Virus record (IMG/VR): IMGVR_UViG_3300014204_000014 | Location: 1-64,000 of that record | DNA: 64,000 nt | Origin: a virus | Taxonomy: Duplodnaviria > Caudoviricetes | Strand: one strand, 5' to 3' | Part shown: one piece after another, positions 17,967 through 28,215 of the stretch | How the letters are laid out: the number at the start of each line of letters is the position of its first letter | Numbering within the stretch: position 1 is the first letter of the stretch | Position numbers and translations under genes: made by a program | The notes under the pieces: model-generated | What the model was told of the DNA's origin: nothing | Database searches by the model: none | Seen by the model: the letters and a program-made list of their open reading frames with translations, nothing else

Positions 17967-18957
17967 TTATTTTCTTTATTATTTTCTTCAAATCTACACC
18001 ATCCTTGACTAAGTATGATAAATGCTGCTGCTGCCACTGAAGGAACTTGTCCATTTCCAATGGCTGCAATGCGGTCCACGCGATTGGCCACCCCATCAGC
18101 CACTCTACCCAATCCGGATTCAGTTTCCCACCATTGCTTTCCGTTAATATTATTGTACTTAGCATTATTTCGTGGTTCTGATTTTTTATATATCCCCGTG
18201 CCGTTTCTAGTTTGCTGTTCATAAAGTCCTTGTCTAATTTTCTCGGAGTTAGAAATATCCGTGTTCCTAACATCTGTTCCGCTTCTTTTTGATTGATTTC
18301 TCCATTTATTATTTTTTGTTGCATCATCCAACGTGAGCCCTCGCCCCCTAGAATTCCTGATTTGCGTGCTGTTGGATACATCCTTACATAACGGTCTAAT
18401 GTCATTTGACTTTTGCCTTTGCGAACTAGATTCAATGTATGTTCTGATTTTCCTGCTTCGCTTTTCATTGGAGTTGGCAAGAATCCAGATACGGTCCCTT
18501 CTATGTGGCGCTCCAACATCGCAAGCTCCCAGCACTCCCCATCTAGCATCATACCCCATCTTGGCCAAGTCTCCAAGGACTGTTCCGAGTCCTCGAATAG
18601 TGAGAAGTGGTGAGTTTTCTGCAAGAACCCATTTAGGTTTAACTTCGCAAATGATCCGGGCCATTTCTTTCCAAAGCCCAGAGCGTTCGCCTTCCAATCC
18701 AGCTCCCTTTCCTGCTGAGGAAATGTCTTGACAAGGGAATCCGCCGGTAATAATATCCACTCTTCCTTTCCACGGTTTACCATCAAATGTTGTAATATCA
18801 TCCCATATAGGGAATCTTGGTAATATTCCGTCTCTTTGTCTTTGTAATAAGATTTCAATACAATATTTTTCGATTTCGACGGCGCAAACTGTTTTCCATC
18901 CCAGTAAAGCCCCTCCGAGGATTCCGCCGCCTGCCCCACTAAATAATGAAAGCTCAC
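17959..18957 (-). CDS. Overlapping alternative-frame protein; probable beta-like subunit of the C5 methyltransferase (TRD plus motif IX)
   Basis: 332-codon open frame nested in the MTase; FLPTP and LNPDWVEWLMGWP; its GTG start overlaps the TGA of the upstream clamp gene. Confidence 0.65.
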   Translation of the reverse strand: MSFHYLVGQAAESSEGLYWDGKQFAPSKSKNIVLKSYYKDKETEYYQDSLYGMILQHLMVNRGKEEWILLPADSLVKTFPQQERELDWKANALGFGKKWPGSFAKLNLNGFLQKTHHFSLFEDSEQSLETWPRWGMMLDGECWELAMLERHIEGTVSGFLPTPMKSEAGKSEHTLNLVRKGKSQMTLDRYVRMYPTARKSGILGGEGSRWMMQQKIINGEINQKEAEQMLGTRIFLTPRKLDKDFMNSKLETARGYIKNQNHEIMLSTIILTESNGGKLNPDWVEWLMGWPIAWTALQPLEMDKFLQWQQQHLSYLVKDGVDLKKIIKKINE

Positions 18958-18973
18958 GCATCATTTCCTTCAA
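17963..18973 (-). CDS. C5-cytosine DNA methyltransferase, alpha-like polypeptide (motifs I-VIII and X)
   Basis: LFSGAGG, GFPCQ, ENS, HRRDRIW, AIGNGQVP. Confidence 0.88.
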   Translation of the reverse strand: MKEMMRELSLFSGAGGGILGGALLGWKTVCAVEIEKYCIEILLQRQRDGILPRFPIWDDITTFDGKPWKGRVDIITGGFPCQDISSAGKGAGLEGERSGLWKEMARIICEVKPKWVLAENSPLLTIRGLGTVLGDLAKMGYDARWGVLGACDVGAPHRRDRIWILANSNEKRSRKIRTYIESSSQRQKSNDIRPLCKDVSNSTQIRNSRGRGLTLDDATKNNKWRNQSKRSGTDVRNTDISNSEKIRQGLYEQQTRNGTGIYKKSEPRNNAKYNNINGKQWWETESGLGRVADGVANRVDRIAAIGNGQVPSVAAAAFIILSQGWCRFEENNKENK

Positions 18974-20060
18974 ATGTATTTACTACTTGCAATCCATTAG
19001 TATGGACAAAAATAATCTTTGAAGCCTTACCTTCCTCTTGCTTCAAATAAAAGCTATCGCTATTCGCTATACCCTGCTCGATGAAACTATAATCTACCAA
19101 AATAGTAATTTCAGGAATATTCTTTATAGGTTTATCCCATGAAACTTTTTCTGTATACTTTCCCGTAGGACGTTCACTATATACTTCAATATATTCATTA
19201 GTAAAAGTTAATTTTATTGAATTGAAGCTTTCAATATTCATAGCCAATGCTGATGCACGATTTATTGCTTCTGATAATCCTTTAGGCAAAATACCTTTTA
19301 TATCTCCCTTAGCAAAAACATTATCATTTATTACTTTTTCAATCTTATTATAAGGATACATATCATTTTGCAGTCTCTTACAAGAAAACATAGTTTTACT
19401 TTTTGATAAAAAATGTACCCATGAAGCGTCTACAAAATACTTTTCTACTTCATTTAGTTTCAATAGTTCCATAGCGGAATTATCAGAAATCCAAAACGTT
19501 CCATTTATTGAAGTATCTAAAATATACTTGCTAATTCTACTTTCATCAGTGGAAACAATAATATCATCGGAACAATAAATGCCTGATAAGCTGGATTTGT
19601 TAGAAGTGAATAAACATAGTTTTATTCCATCAAAAAATCTCTCAGGAAGTTTTGACCACTTTGGCTTTTCTGGTTTTATCTTGCTGATATAATCCATTAT
19701 TGAAGATTCAATCAAAGTCAATTCTGCCCTGCTTGACTCATTTTTGATAATCCACTTATTATCTTTTTGAATAATTTTTATTGCATCAGTTTTGAATCTG
19801 TTAATAAGATCGAAAAACTCTTTAGCTTTGATAGCTCCTTGAAGTTGACACTCTTCATTAAGGCTGGATAATGGAACAGATACTGAAATGTTATCATTAT
19901 AAGAATGTATAAATCCATCCTTAAAAATGAAAGTATCAGCACCTTCGAGAATAGTATTACCAGTTTCAACTCCAGGTAAAGCTTCCTTCATTGCAGAAAT
20001 TAAATCTCTTCGAGTAATAGTCATACTTTCTCCTTTAGTCTTTTTGCATAGGCATAACAA
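18954..20060 (-). CDS. dnaN: DNA sliding clamp (beta subunit-like), paralogue 1
   Basis: 368 aa; SYNDNISV, STDESRI and YPYNKI resemble beta-clamp domain motifs; replication context. Confidence 0.7.
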   Translation of the reverse strand: MLCLCKKTKGESMTITRRDLISAMKEALPGVETGNTILEGADTFIFKDGFIHSYNDNISVSVPLSSLNEECQLQGAIKAKEFFDLINRFKTDAIKIIQKDNKWIIKNESSRAELTLIESSIMDYISKIKPEKPKWSKLPERFFDGIKLCLFTSNKSSLSGIYCSDDIIVSTDESRISKYILDTSINGTFWISDNSAMELLKLNEVEKYFVDASWVHFLSKSKTMFSCKRLQNDMYPYNKIEKVINDNVFAKGDIKGILPKGLSEAINRASALAMNIESFNSIKLTFTNEYIEVYSERPTGKYTEKVSWDKPIKNIPEITILVDYSFIEQGIANSDSFYLKQEEGKASKIIFVHTNGLQVVNTFEGNDA

Positions 20061-21123
20061 TAGATATACTATTATTTGTGTAAATAAAAGTTACAGCTTT
20101 AATCCATTCTGTAAATTGAATTTCTTTCAATGGATACAATGTTAAAGCATCATTAAAGTATTTATAATTTATTGCTAAAGTAGTTAATAAAGAAATAAAT
20201 GGTTTTCTAGGATTTTCTGTAGTATCTTCAATTTTTTCCCAGCCTAATTTCTCATTAGCTAATCTAGTTTCATCATAAAATCCTATCCATTTCATTTTTC
20301 CTATAATTTTACTATCCCATTCAACAGAAACTTCATCATCTTTTTCATGTTTAATATATATTCTTTCTGAATTGCTTTTACTTTTTAGTAAAACTATTTT
20401 TGAATAAATATCCTTCCATGCAGTTAAATCAGGAACACCAATAGTAAATCTTTGCTTTTCAGGAACTACTTTTTGCCAATTAGGAAACTGGCCTTCGATA
20501 TTACTAGCACAATAAAACATCATACTGCCTTTATATTCAAATTGGAATATTGAAAAAGTTTTATCAATTTTATACTTTATATTTGTACCTTTTTTCAATA
20601 GCCATTCTAAGCATTTTGAATTAGGTAGAATTACTGATGGGAAATTATCAAATCCTTGTGAATAAAATAATCTTCTTCCATCAGTAGAAACTACAAATCC
20701 CTTTTCAAAATAAATACCTGCCATAAAATATCTAGTTACATCATCAGTAACAAATTTATAAGCATCAGTTATTAGTTGTGCTTGTGAAGCATTTATATTA
20801 ACCCATTCCCCATTCACTAAATCAATTTCTGCTTGCGGATACTTTTCTAAATTAGTTTCATTTGTATTGAACCCATCTAGTTTATCAAATGCTTTGCTTA
20901 GTAAATACTCATAAACGCCATTTTCTTCATTACCAGTATAGTCCATAATGAGGAAGTTTTTTATATTAGAAGCTATTAGTTTGTTATCATTTTTAGCTAT
21001 GTAAGAGCATATTGATAAACTATTTTTAGATAATTCCATGTGAGAACATACACCTAAAAACACTTTTAATGTATCAGTATCTTTTGTTTCTTGTACAATT
21101 TCATCATCAAATATATTTTTCAT
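20035..21123 (-). CDS. DNA sliding clamp (beta subunit-like), paralogue 2
   Basis: TDDVTRYFMAGIYF..VSTDGRRL and EGQFPNWQKVVP are beta-clamp domain 2 signatures. Confidence 0.7.
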   Translation of the reverse strand: MKNIFDDEIVQETKDTDTLKVFLGVCSHMELSKNSLSICSYIAKNDNKLIASNIKNFLIMDYTGNEENGVYEYLLSKAFDKLDGFNTNETNLEKYPQAEIDLVNGEWVNINASQAQLITDAYKFVTDDVTRYFMAGIYFEKGFVVSTDGRRLFYSQGFDNFPSVILPNSKCLEWLLKKGTNIKYKIDKTFSIFQFEYKGSMMFYCASNIEGQFPNWQKVVPEKQRFTIGVPDLTAWKDIYSKIVLLKSKSNSERIYIKHEKDDEVSVEWDSKIIGKMKWIGFYDETRLANEKLGWEKIEDTTENPRKPFISLLTTLAINYKYFNDALTLYPLKEIQFTEWIKAVTFIYTNNSISIVMPMQKD

Positions 21124-21133
21124 TTTTACTCCT

Positions 21134-22711
21134 TTATTCTATCATCTTAATATTTTCGTTTTTAACATATTCAATCGCGCCTACATTCTTATTATATACT
21201 TCCCGTCCTTCAAATGATTTTACAACATCCTTTTCCTCTTTATCCATATCTGAATATTTTTTCTGTCCATAATCTTCAGGAAGCCATTTTTTGTATTTAC
21301 AAGCAATGATATTAAATCTTCGTAAAGTGCCTTCATTTCTAAATTTCAAATGCATAGTACCTTTTTTATATAGGCTAATTACAAAATGAGTGGATACTAT
21401 ATTTCGTGTACTCTCCTTTTCAAATGCTTCATTAATTGCTTCTTCCATTGAAATAAAATCTTTTTCATACGTAAAATAATTCATTACTAAATCAATATCA
21501 TTTAATGCTGATTTAAAATCACTGCTTAAACGTAATTCTCCGCGATAACCATAAAAAGGATGATCGTATGTTCTATACTGATTATAAGGAATTATTATTT
21601 TACTATTAGCATAAAATGATTTGTTTGTTTTCCACCCATTAAAGTAATGTATATTAGTTTTACAATCATCATAATAAGCATATTGGCGAGTAAAACTATC
21701 AAATAAATCTGCTACAGCTTTATTTAAAATATCTTGATAATTTCCTACTAGTTTCAATATAAATTCTCTTATATTATTTTCAGTAAAATCCATATCTGAT
21801 TGTAATTTTATTTGTTCATAAAATTTATCTTTTTCCTTTTTTGTCATACGTTTTTTTACTTCATCTAAATCCAATACTTTTATCCAATAACTTTTTCTAA
21901 TATTTGAAATAAAATCATTCATCAAAGCATTTATATTTGACTGATTACTACGTGAATATGTTTTTTCATTCGTAGGAGTATCTAAAATAAGATATTCACC
22001 AATCAATCTTCTATTGGTGTAAAAGTAAACTATAATTTCCATTCCCTTATTTAATAAAGCATTATATTCCTCTACTATAAAAGATACACCATTCCTAGAA
22101 GCTACTGACTTTTCTTCATCATCAATTTTTGTATTAACTTGTTTTACTTTATCAGTACATTTTTCAAATAAATCATCTTCAATATTTTTATCAACTTTAA
22201 TATAAACTAATGCAATTTCAACACCTGTTTTTCTTTCAGCATCTATAAAGGCATTAGATATATATTCAATACTAGCGTTTAATTCATCTAATTTATGCAC
22301 TAAAGTTTTTCTGATGTTTGTATGAGGATTCTTTATTGTCTCAGCATTAAGTAAACATACAATTTGCCCTGAATATAAAATATCTATTGCTTTTAGTAAA
22401 TGCTTATCTCCCTCATCAAAGGGGGGATTCATAATAATTAAATCAAACTTATCTAGTCCTGAATAAGATAGAAAATCTGAATCAATTATCTTATATTTTT
22501 TACCTTGTAAAATTGAACGCAAATCATATTCTTTTTCAATACACGATATATTAAAGTTGCCATTATAACTATATTTATCTTTTATCCAATCTAAAATATC
22601 TCCTTTTCCCGCTGATGGTTCTAAAATATTTGAAACATCATTATGATCTATTTTTGACCACATCTTAGAGATTAGTTTTTTAGGTGTTGGATAAAATGAA
22701 TCTAGTAACAA
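21134..22711 (-). CDS. Class I SAM-dependent DNA methyltransferase with a DUF4942-like C-terminus
   Basis: FYPTP, LEPSAGKG, NPPF; long helical C-terminus ending in YKKGTMHLKF. Confidence 0.75.
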   Translation of the reverse strand: MLLDSFYPTPKKLISKMWSKIDHNDVSNILEPSAGKGDILDWIKDKYSYNGNFNISCIEKEYDLRSILQGKKYKIIDSDFLSYSGLDKFDLIIMNPPFDEGDKHLLKAIDILYSGQIVCLLNAETIKNPHTNIRKTLVHKLDELNASIEYISNAFIDAERKTGVEIALVYIKVDKNIEDDLFEKCTDKVKQVNTKIDDEEKSVASRNGVSFIVEEYNALLNKGMEIIVYFYTNRRLIGEYLILDTPTNEKTYSRSNQSNINALMNDFISNIRKSYWIKVLDLDEVKKRMTKKEKDKFYEQIKLQSDMDFTENNIREFILKLVGNYQDILNKAVADLFDSFTRQYAYYDDCKTNIHYFNGWKTNKSFYANSKIIIPYNQYRTYDHPFYGYRGELRLSSDFKSALNDIDLVMNYFTYEKDFISMEEAINEAFEKESTRNIVSTHFVISLYKKGTMHLKFRNEGTLRRFNIIACKYKKWLPEDYGQKKYSDMDKEEKDVVKSFEGREVYNKNVGAIEYVKNENIKMIE

Positions 22712-22725
22712 ATTATCTCCTTTAA

Positions 22726-22755
22726 TATATTATATACTATCCCTTGCGTTTTTTA
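22726..22755 (-). promoter_or_regulatory. Class-1 phage promoter motif
   Basis: A-tract-N9-AGTATATAATATA, then an RBS. Confidence 0.6.
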
Positions 22756-24167
22756 TCATATTCTGGCTTTTCTTCTTCAATTAATTTTACTAAGCTTTTC
22801 AAATGGCTATCTAAGCATGGCCTACCTAAATCCAAACATTGTGTAACTACTACCTGTTCATTTATTCCTCGCCCTTCACGTATTTCCATTAAGCCTAATC
22901 TCATTATATTTAAACTTTGCTCTTTTTTAGTTTGATTCAATCCTATTGCCATTGTTACGTTATTTATTTTCCTAATATCCTCAGAAGCATGAGAAGTTTT
23001 TACATCAGTATCGAATGTAGCCTTAGCAGTATGACTCGCTGTTATTATTGCTATATTCCTTCTTATTGCCAACTGCCGTAATCCTACCCAAATATTATTT
23101 AATCTTTCTCTTGCTACATTTTCCTTAAAGCCCTTATCAGGAACCATATAATCAGCATAATCCAAAACTATAACATCAGGAATAAAATTCTCATAGTGAT
23201 ATAAATTATCTAAAGTAGATTCGATCCATGAAACATTTATTACATCAAGCGGGCGAAGTATTTTTATTTCACCTTTTCTGTATAACCTTTTTATTTTCTT
23301 TTGAAATTGCGAAATGTTTTCTAGGTCGATTCCTTCTTTTTGTTTTTCGTGCTGAATAATATCATATTTCCCTTCATCATCTTGCTCAAAAGTTGCATAA
23401 CTAATTTCTTGAGTTGTTTTTGGATGGCCTGTTAAAGAAGGCCATGCTCGCCTAATCATTTCATTTTCAGTCATTTCCAAAGTAATGTGCAAAACTTTAC
23501 ACCCATGTGCTAATGCTTGCAATGAACTATACCATAGCCAATGGCTTTTTCCGCGCTTGGCGGGGCCAAAAAAACTTACAAAATCTCCTCGATTTATTGG
23601 TTGAATTACTTTACCTAAATCTCCAGGGAAAGTTATTAGTGTATCATTTTCCATAGTAAATGCTTGAATTATTTTATTTGTGTCTTTTAATAAATCTACT
23701 CCTTGCCCTGAAGGCTTTTCTATTCGTTTATAATTGGCTATTAAATTTTCTAGCTTATCGCAATCATTTTCAATTAGTGCTGATTCAATTTGACTTTTCA
23801 ATAATTCCCCTGAGCGGATTTTTAAATACTTAATGGCTTCATTGATAGAAAAATCTACATTATTTATTTCTGATAATTGCTCATACTTATTTGATAGATT
23901 GGTCAATAAAAGCGAAATAGCATCTTTATCTTCATTGTCCTTATGAATCATTATCTTATTCTTGTATAGATTCTGTATATCCTTTTTTGGAGCGCATTTA
24001 AATTCATCATAATACTCTAGACACCAATTCGCTATAGTTCTTGAATAACTAGTTTTTAGCAATTTAGAATTAAATATGGGGGCTATCTCTGATAAAAACC
24101 TATCAGAAGTAATCATATAAATAAGTAGGGTTACTTCCTTGTCTGAGTTTATTTTTTTATGAACCAA
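22737..24167 (-). CDS. dnaB: DnaB-like replicative helicase
   Basis: GPAKRGKS, TLEM, LDYAD, ITASH, SEDIRK. Confidence 0.85.
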   Translation of the reverse strand: MVHKKINSDKEVTLLIYMITSDRFLSEIAPIFNSKLLKTSYSRTIANWCLEYYDEFKCAPKKDIQNLYKNKIMIHKDNEDKDAISLLLTNLSNKYEQLSEINNVDFSINEAIKYLKIRSGELLKSQIESALIENDCDKLENLIANYKRIEKPSGQGVDLLKDTNKIIQAFTMENDTLITFPGDLGKVIQPINRGDFVSFFGPAKRGKSHWLWYSSLQALAHGCKVLHITLEMTENEMIRRAWPSLTGHPKTTQEISYATFEQDDEGKYDIIQHEKQKEGIDLENISQFQKKIKRLYRKGEIKILRPLDVINVSWIESTLDNLYHYENFIPDVIVLDYADYMVPDKGFKENVARERLNNIWVGLRQLAIRRNIAIITASHTAKATFDTDVKTSHASEDIRKINNVTMAIGLNQTKKEQSLNIMRLGLMEIREGRGINEQVVVTQCLDLGRPCLDSHLKSLVKLIEEEKPEYDKKRKG

Positions 24168-24170
24168 ATT

Positions 24171-24992
24171 TTATTCCTCAAGTAAATTTCCATATTTAGA
24201 AATAGGATTTGGATTTTGCTCTGGATGTTTAATTCTATTGACTGCTATTTCAAAATACTTTTCATCCTTTTCTATGCCAATAAATTTTCTATTTGTATAT
24301 TTACAAGCTATTCCAACACTACCACTCCCCATACAATTATCCAATATAGTTTCATTCTCTAAAGTATATGTTTTTATTAAATATTCCAATAGTTTTATAG
24401 GTTTCTGGTTAGGGTGATACCTTCCACTATTATTTCGTATTTCCCTATTAAATCTTATCACATCTCTAGGGAATCGTTTTGTGTTGTCATACTCATCTTG
24501 TATCACAGTATTTATAGGTATTGATTCTGGCCTATTCATAATCCCACTTTGACTCAGATTTAATCCCTTTTTATTATTTTTAGGCTGGATGCTATTCTCC
24601 ATTATAGGATAATATATTTTTGAATTAAATATAGAAATTATTTCGTGCACTCTACCAGGAGAATAGTGCATACCAGTAATATTTGAAGGTCTTTCCTTTT
24701 CCCATACCCAATCATATTTAAATCCTTTTATATTTGACATTCTTAGGTAACTAGAAAACGGCTCACTACCAAATAAAGCAATACAGCCTTTGTCCTTAAT
24801 AATTCTTTTATATTGTTCCCATAAAGGCTCAAAGGGAATTATTACATCCCATTTACAAGCTGTAGTTCCATAGGGCAAATCACATAAAATCATATCTATA
24901 CTTTTATCAGGAATTAATTTCATAACTTCTAAACAATCACCATGATAGAGAGTACAATTATCTATTACTGTTTTATTATATAAATTCTTCAA
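24171..24992 (-). CDS. N4/N6 DNA methyltransferase (beta class)
   Basis: CDLPYG, HPNQKP, LDNCMGSGS. Confidence 0.88.
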   Translation of the reverse strand: MKNLYNKTVIDNCTLYHGDCLEVMKLIPDKSIDMILCDLPYGTTACKWDVIIPFEPLWEQYKRIIKDKGCIALFGSEPFSSYLRMSNIKGFKYDWVWEKERPSNITGMHYSPGRVHEIISIFNSKIYYPIMENSIQPKNNKKGLNLSQSGIMNRPESIPINTVIQDEYDNTKRFPRDVIRFNREIRNNSGRYHPNQKPIKLLEYLIKTYTLENETILDNCMGSGSVGIACKYTNRKFIGIEKDEKYFEIAVNRIKHPEQNPNPISKYGNLLEE

Positions 24993-25138
24993 AATCTACT
25001 TATCCCGCTTATCAAAATTCTTCTTCATAATATAATAGCTTTTTATTGCATCAAATAACGGTACTGGCTTTAGTCCAGCATTTATACGCTCTCTACGAAT
25101 CTCAGTATTAATCCAGATTAAATACTCAATTAGTTTTT

Positions 25139-25330
25139 TCATTTTACTTCCACCTTTCCGTTAAAAGCTTCAGATGCCTTTAACGCATTTACTTTATTAA
25201 CATATTTGAAAGCCTTATCTTCAAATGGAATTAGTACAACCTTACACTTTTTGTAATTCATAACTCGTTTAATATACCATTCATCAAAAAATGTACTACG
25301 CTTAATTACCTTAACAATATAATGAGTCAT
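25139..25330 (-). CDS. Hypothetical protein
   Basis: ORF track. Confidence 0.45.
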   Translation of the reverse strand: MTHYIVKVIKRSTFFDEWYIKRVMNYKKCKVVLIPFEDKAFKYVNKVNALKASEAFNGKVEVK

Positions 25331-25333
25331 TAA

Positions 25334-25546
25334 TTAGCATTTCCCTTCTACTGGAGCAAAACTTGGTTTTTGTGGAACCATCCAATAGTCAGGGCGTTCA
25401 CATTCATATTCGCCATCCCACCATTTATAATTTTCTAAGCGATACCCAGCGAACCAGCACCCACCAGAGTACATTCCTAATACTTGCAAGTCTAAAGGAG
25501 GCAATATATCTTCAGATAAATACCACCTGCCCTTTTCTATATTCAC
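25334..25546 (-). CDS. DUF551-like small phage protein
   Basis: WYLSEDILPP ... YWMVP pattern. Confidence 0.45.
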   Translation of the reverse strand: MNIEKGRWYLSEDILPPLDLQVLGMYSGGCWFAGYRLENYKWWDGEYECERPDYWMVPQKPSFAPVEGKC

Positions 25547-25548
25547 AA

Positions 25549-25730
25549 TTATCTTCCTGAATAAGTAATAATATACTTTAGTGCAAACTTATCTCCATCG
25601 AATGGATTTTGTCTAAAGTATTTTATATCAGGATCAACTAGCAATCCATTAGGGCATTCAACTTCAATGTTTTTATCTTGCTGAAGACTATTCAAGCTTC
25701 TTATTAGCTGCTTAACTGTCATTTTGATGC
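25549..25730 (-). CDS. Hypothetical protein
   Basis: Probable start at MTVKQL with an AGGAG-like RBS; the longer ORF-track start overlaps the upstream gene. Confidence 0.45.
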
Positions 25731-26182
25731 TCCTCATCAAACCGCTTCCAGCATATTTCTTTATTAGGAAATCTGACGCAACTTTTAAAACTTCCGCAAC
25801 ATATGCAGTCATCCCATATAGGCTTTAATTTATAATTAGCTGTTTGATACCACCAAGCAGGACAAACATACTTTCTCATTTCCCTTTTATTTGGAAAAGG
25901 TCCGCCCTCTTCCCAATCAGAATACAATACCCCACCAAAATCTTCTAATTTACAATCATTATTTTCCCCTATATAAATACCTGGATTAACTTCAAACACT
26001 CTTTTTACTCTTGGATTGTATTTTATTACACTAAATTCTTTGTACTCGTGCTCAAAATGAAATTTTCCACTTCCATTACACTTATAACAAACTACTGCTG
26101 CTCCATCTTTTTCAGCACTCCCAATGTATAGTCCAGTTCCTTCGCAAGCTGAACATTCTTCATCAAATTCTATTTTACTCAT
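25712..26182 (-). CDS. Protein with a DnaJ-type zinc-finger half and a C-terminal Cys cluster
   Basis: CSACEGTG and CYKCNGSG (CxxCxGxG). Confidence 0.6.
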   Translation of the reverse strand: MSKIEFDEECSACEGTGLYIGSAEKDGAAVVCYKCNGSGKFHFEHEYKEFSVIKYNPRVKRVFEVNPGIYIGENNDCKLEDFGGVLYSDWEEGGPFPNKREMRKYVCPAWWYQTANYKLKPIWDDCICCGSFKSCVRFPNKEICWKRFDEEHQNDS

Positions 26183-26212
26183 GCATATCTCCTTACCTAT
26201 AAATCTAATACT

Positions 26213-26497
26213 TTAATTGATTTCAAAAATATCTTTAATGTCTGAATGAGTAAAATTATTTGACCCCGTTATTTTCTTAAATATTTTCTTCTTATAGTAT
26301 ACGCATTTCTTTAATTCTGATATGGCACATCTAAGAGCAAAGAAAGCATCCAATCGTTTAAATTCTAATTTATAGTTCTTGGTCCTTTCTTCGTGAAATA
26401 TTGCTCTCTTTATTAACTGATTGTAAGCCTCTTTATCTTTACAATAAACATCCCAGCCGTCGGTATAAAAATTCTTACAACTTTCACATATACTCAT
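26213..26497 (-). CDS. Hypothetical protein
   Basis: ORF track; downstream of a class-1 promoter motif. Confidence 0.5.
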   Translation of the reverse strand: MSICESCKNFYTDGWDVYCKDKEAYNQLIKRAIFHEERTKNYKLEFKRLDAFFALRCAISELKKCVYYKKKIFKKITGSNNFTHSDIKDIFEIN

Positions 26498-26512
26498 TTA
26501 TTACTCCTTACA

Positions 26513-26542
26513 TATATTATATACTTAGGAAAGCAATTTTTT
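26513..26542 (-). promoter_or_regulatory. Class-1 phage promoter motif
   Basis: A-tract-N9-AGTATATAATATA, then an RBS. Confidence 0.6.
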
Positions 26543-28174
26543 ACGATACTTCTTAATCACTTCCATAGTCATATTAGTTTGGAAAAAGTCATCATTAGAT
26601 TTTCCATCAAGCACCTTAGAAACATTATCATATTTTGTATTCAATAAATCCATCAAATCAGTTTCTACAGAATCCTCATTTAGTAAATAATAAGCAGTGA
26701 TTGAATCCGCTTCCTGCCCGATGCGGTTCACTCGATCCTCGGCTTGCTCGTGGTCAAATGGACTATAACCAAATTCCACAAAAGCGCAAGCATTTGCCGC
26801 TGTTAAAGTAATTCCAATCCCTGCCGCTTGAATCTGCCCTATAAATAATCTAATCTTTAGATCGTTTTGAAATTTATCTACAACTGATTTTCTTTCATCA
26901 GCAGGAGTGGAGCCGTCTAAGGTGACGGAAATATCTTTGAATTGTGAATAAATATCTGCCAGAGCTTTTGTGTGGTAAGTAAAAACTACCAATTTATTAT
27001 CAGTAGTTAAATAATCTCTGATCCATTGAATTACAGAATTGCGCTTTGCTAGATAAGCCAACTGCTTTAATTTTTCCATTTGGGTCTGAGCATCTAAGCC
27101 ATTTTTAATATGATCTTTTAGCCATAATATAAAATCCTGATCTGCTTTCAAATACTCTTTTTCATCAATAGGATTTAATTCCATAGGGACAATTATTTTC
27201 TGCTTGGGAGGAAGCTCTTTTAATACTTCACTTTTTAATCTGCGAATCATCATTGGAGATATTTTGCTATGAAGCTCTTCAGTATTTGTAGCTCCTATAA
27301 ACTGCCAGCCAAATCCATTGTTTTTTGGTCCGCAGAATTTCCAAAGGTATTTCCAACGATTAGGAAACATTAAAGGATTTAATAGATTAAGCATTGGAAA
27401 TAAATCAGCAGGACGATTTCTCATCGGTGTCCCTGATAATCCTATAAACATTTTTGGCGATAAAGTCTTTTTAGCTTTTGTTACTGCTCTGGTTCTCAAT
27501 GAAGCATTATTGGAAATGAACTGAAACTCGTCAACTATAATTCCTTTGATATTTAATTCAGGTAATCTATCCACCCAGCCTTTTATATCCACAACTTTTC
27601 TTTTGCCATTTTTAGGATCAGTGGAAATTATATTGTATGCCATTACATCATAATTGATAATATACCATTTAAATCCTCTTTGAATAACAGGAGTTGGTTT
27701 TTCACCTGACAATATATAAGCATCTTCATTTATCCATTTATGAATTTCATACGCCCAATTTAGCTTTATTGATGCAGGACAAATCACTAATATGGGACGA
27801 ATCTCTGGATGAAGTTTTGCATAGCCAATTGCTTGAATTGTTTTTCCAATTCCCATGTCATCATTTAACATTCCTTGACCATTAACTGATTCTAAGAAAG
27901 TTACTCCATCAATCTGATAATCTCTAAATCCTTCAAATAAACTTCTATCAATTTTTGGTTTAGCCTTTTCTGTTATGCTTATTATAGGCATTTCAAAGCC
28001 GGCTTCTTTCAATAACTTATAATTATTTTCTGTATTAGGAGCGATCCACAGGCTTTTATCCTTGACGAATTCCCTTCCATCCAAGCTCTTTACCAAAGCC
28101 AAGTTTTGAGCGAAATCAGAGCCGAAAAACTTGATTACGAGCTGACCTTGCTCTAAACTGACGATCTTAGCCAT
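26525..28174 (-). CDS. SNF2/SMARCAL1-like helicase with a HARP-like N-terminus
   Basis: DDMGIGKT, VDEFQ, LSGTPMRN, AAGIGITLT, QAEDRVNRIGQ. Confidence 0.88.
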   Translation of the reverse strand: MAKIVSLEQGQLVIKFFGSDFAQNLALVKSLDGREFVKDKSLWIAPNTENNYKLLKEAGFEMPIISITEKAKPKIDRSLFEGFRDYQIDGVTFLESVNGQGMLNDDMGIGKTIQAIGYAKLHPEIRPILVICPASIKLNWAYEIHKWINEDAYILSGEKPTPVIQRGFKWYIINYDVMAYNIISTDPKNGKRKVVDIKGWVDRLPELNIKGIIVDEFQFISNNASLRTRAVTKAKKTLSPKMFIGLSGTPMRNRPADLFPMLNLLNPLMFPNRWKYLWKFCGPKNNGFGWQFIGATNTEELHSKISPMMIRRLKSEVLKELPPKQKIIVPMELNPIDEKEYLKADQDFILWLKDHIKNGLDAQTQMEKLKQLAYLAKRNSVIQWIRDYLTTDNKLVVFTYHTKALADIYSQFKDISVTLDGSTPADERKSVVDKFQNDLKIRLFIGQIQAAGIGITLTAANACAFVEFGYSPFDHEQAEDRVNRIGQEADSITAYYLLNEDSVETDLMDLLNTKYDNVSKVLDGKSNDDFFQTNMTMEVIKKYRKKLLS

Positions 28175-28215
28175 TTCTGCCTTCCTACAGCCCTTGAAAT
28201 CTCGTCTATAATGAT

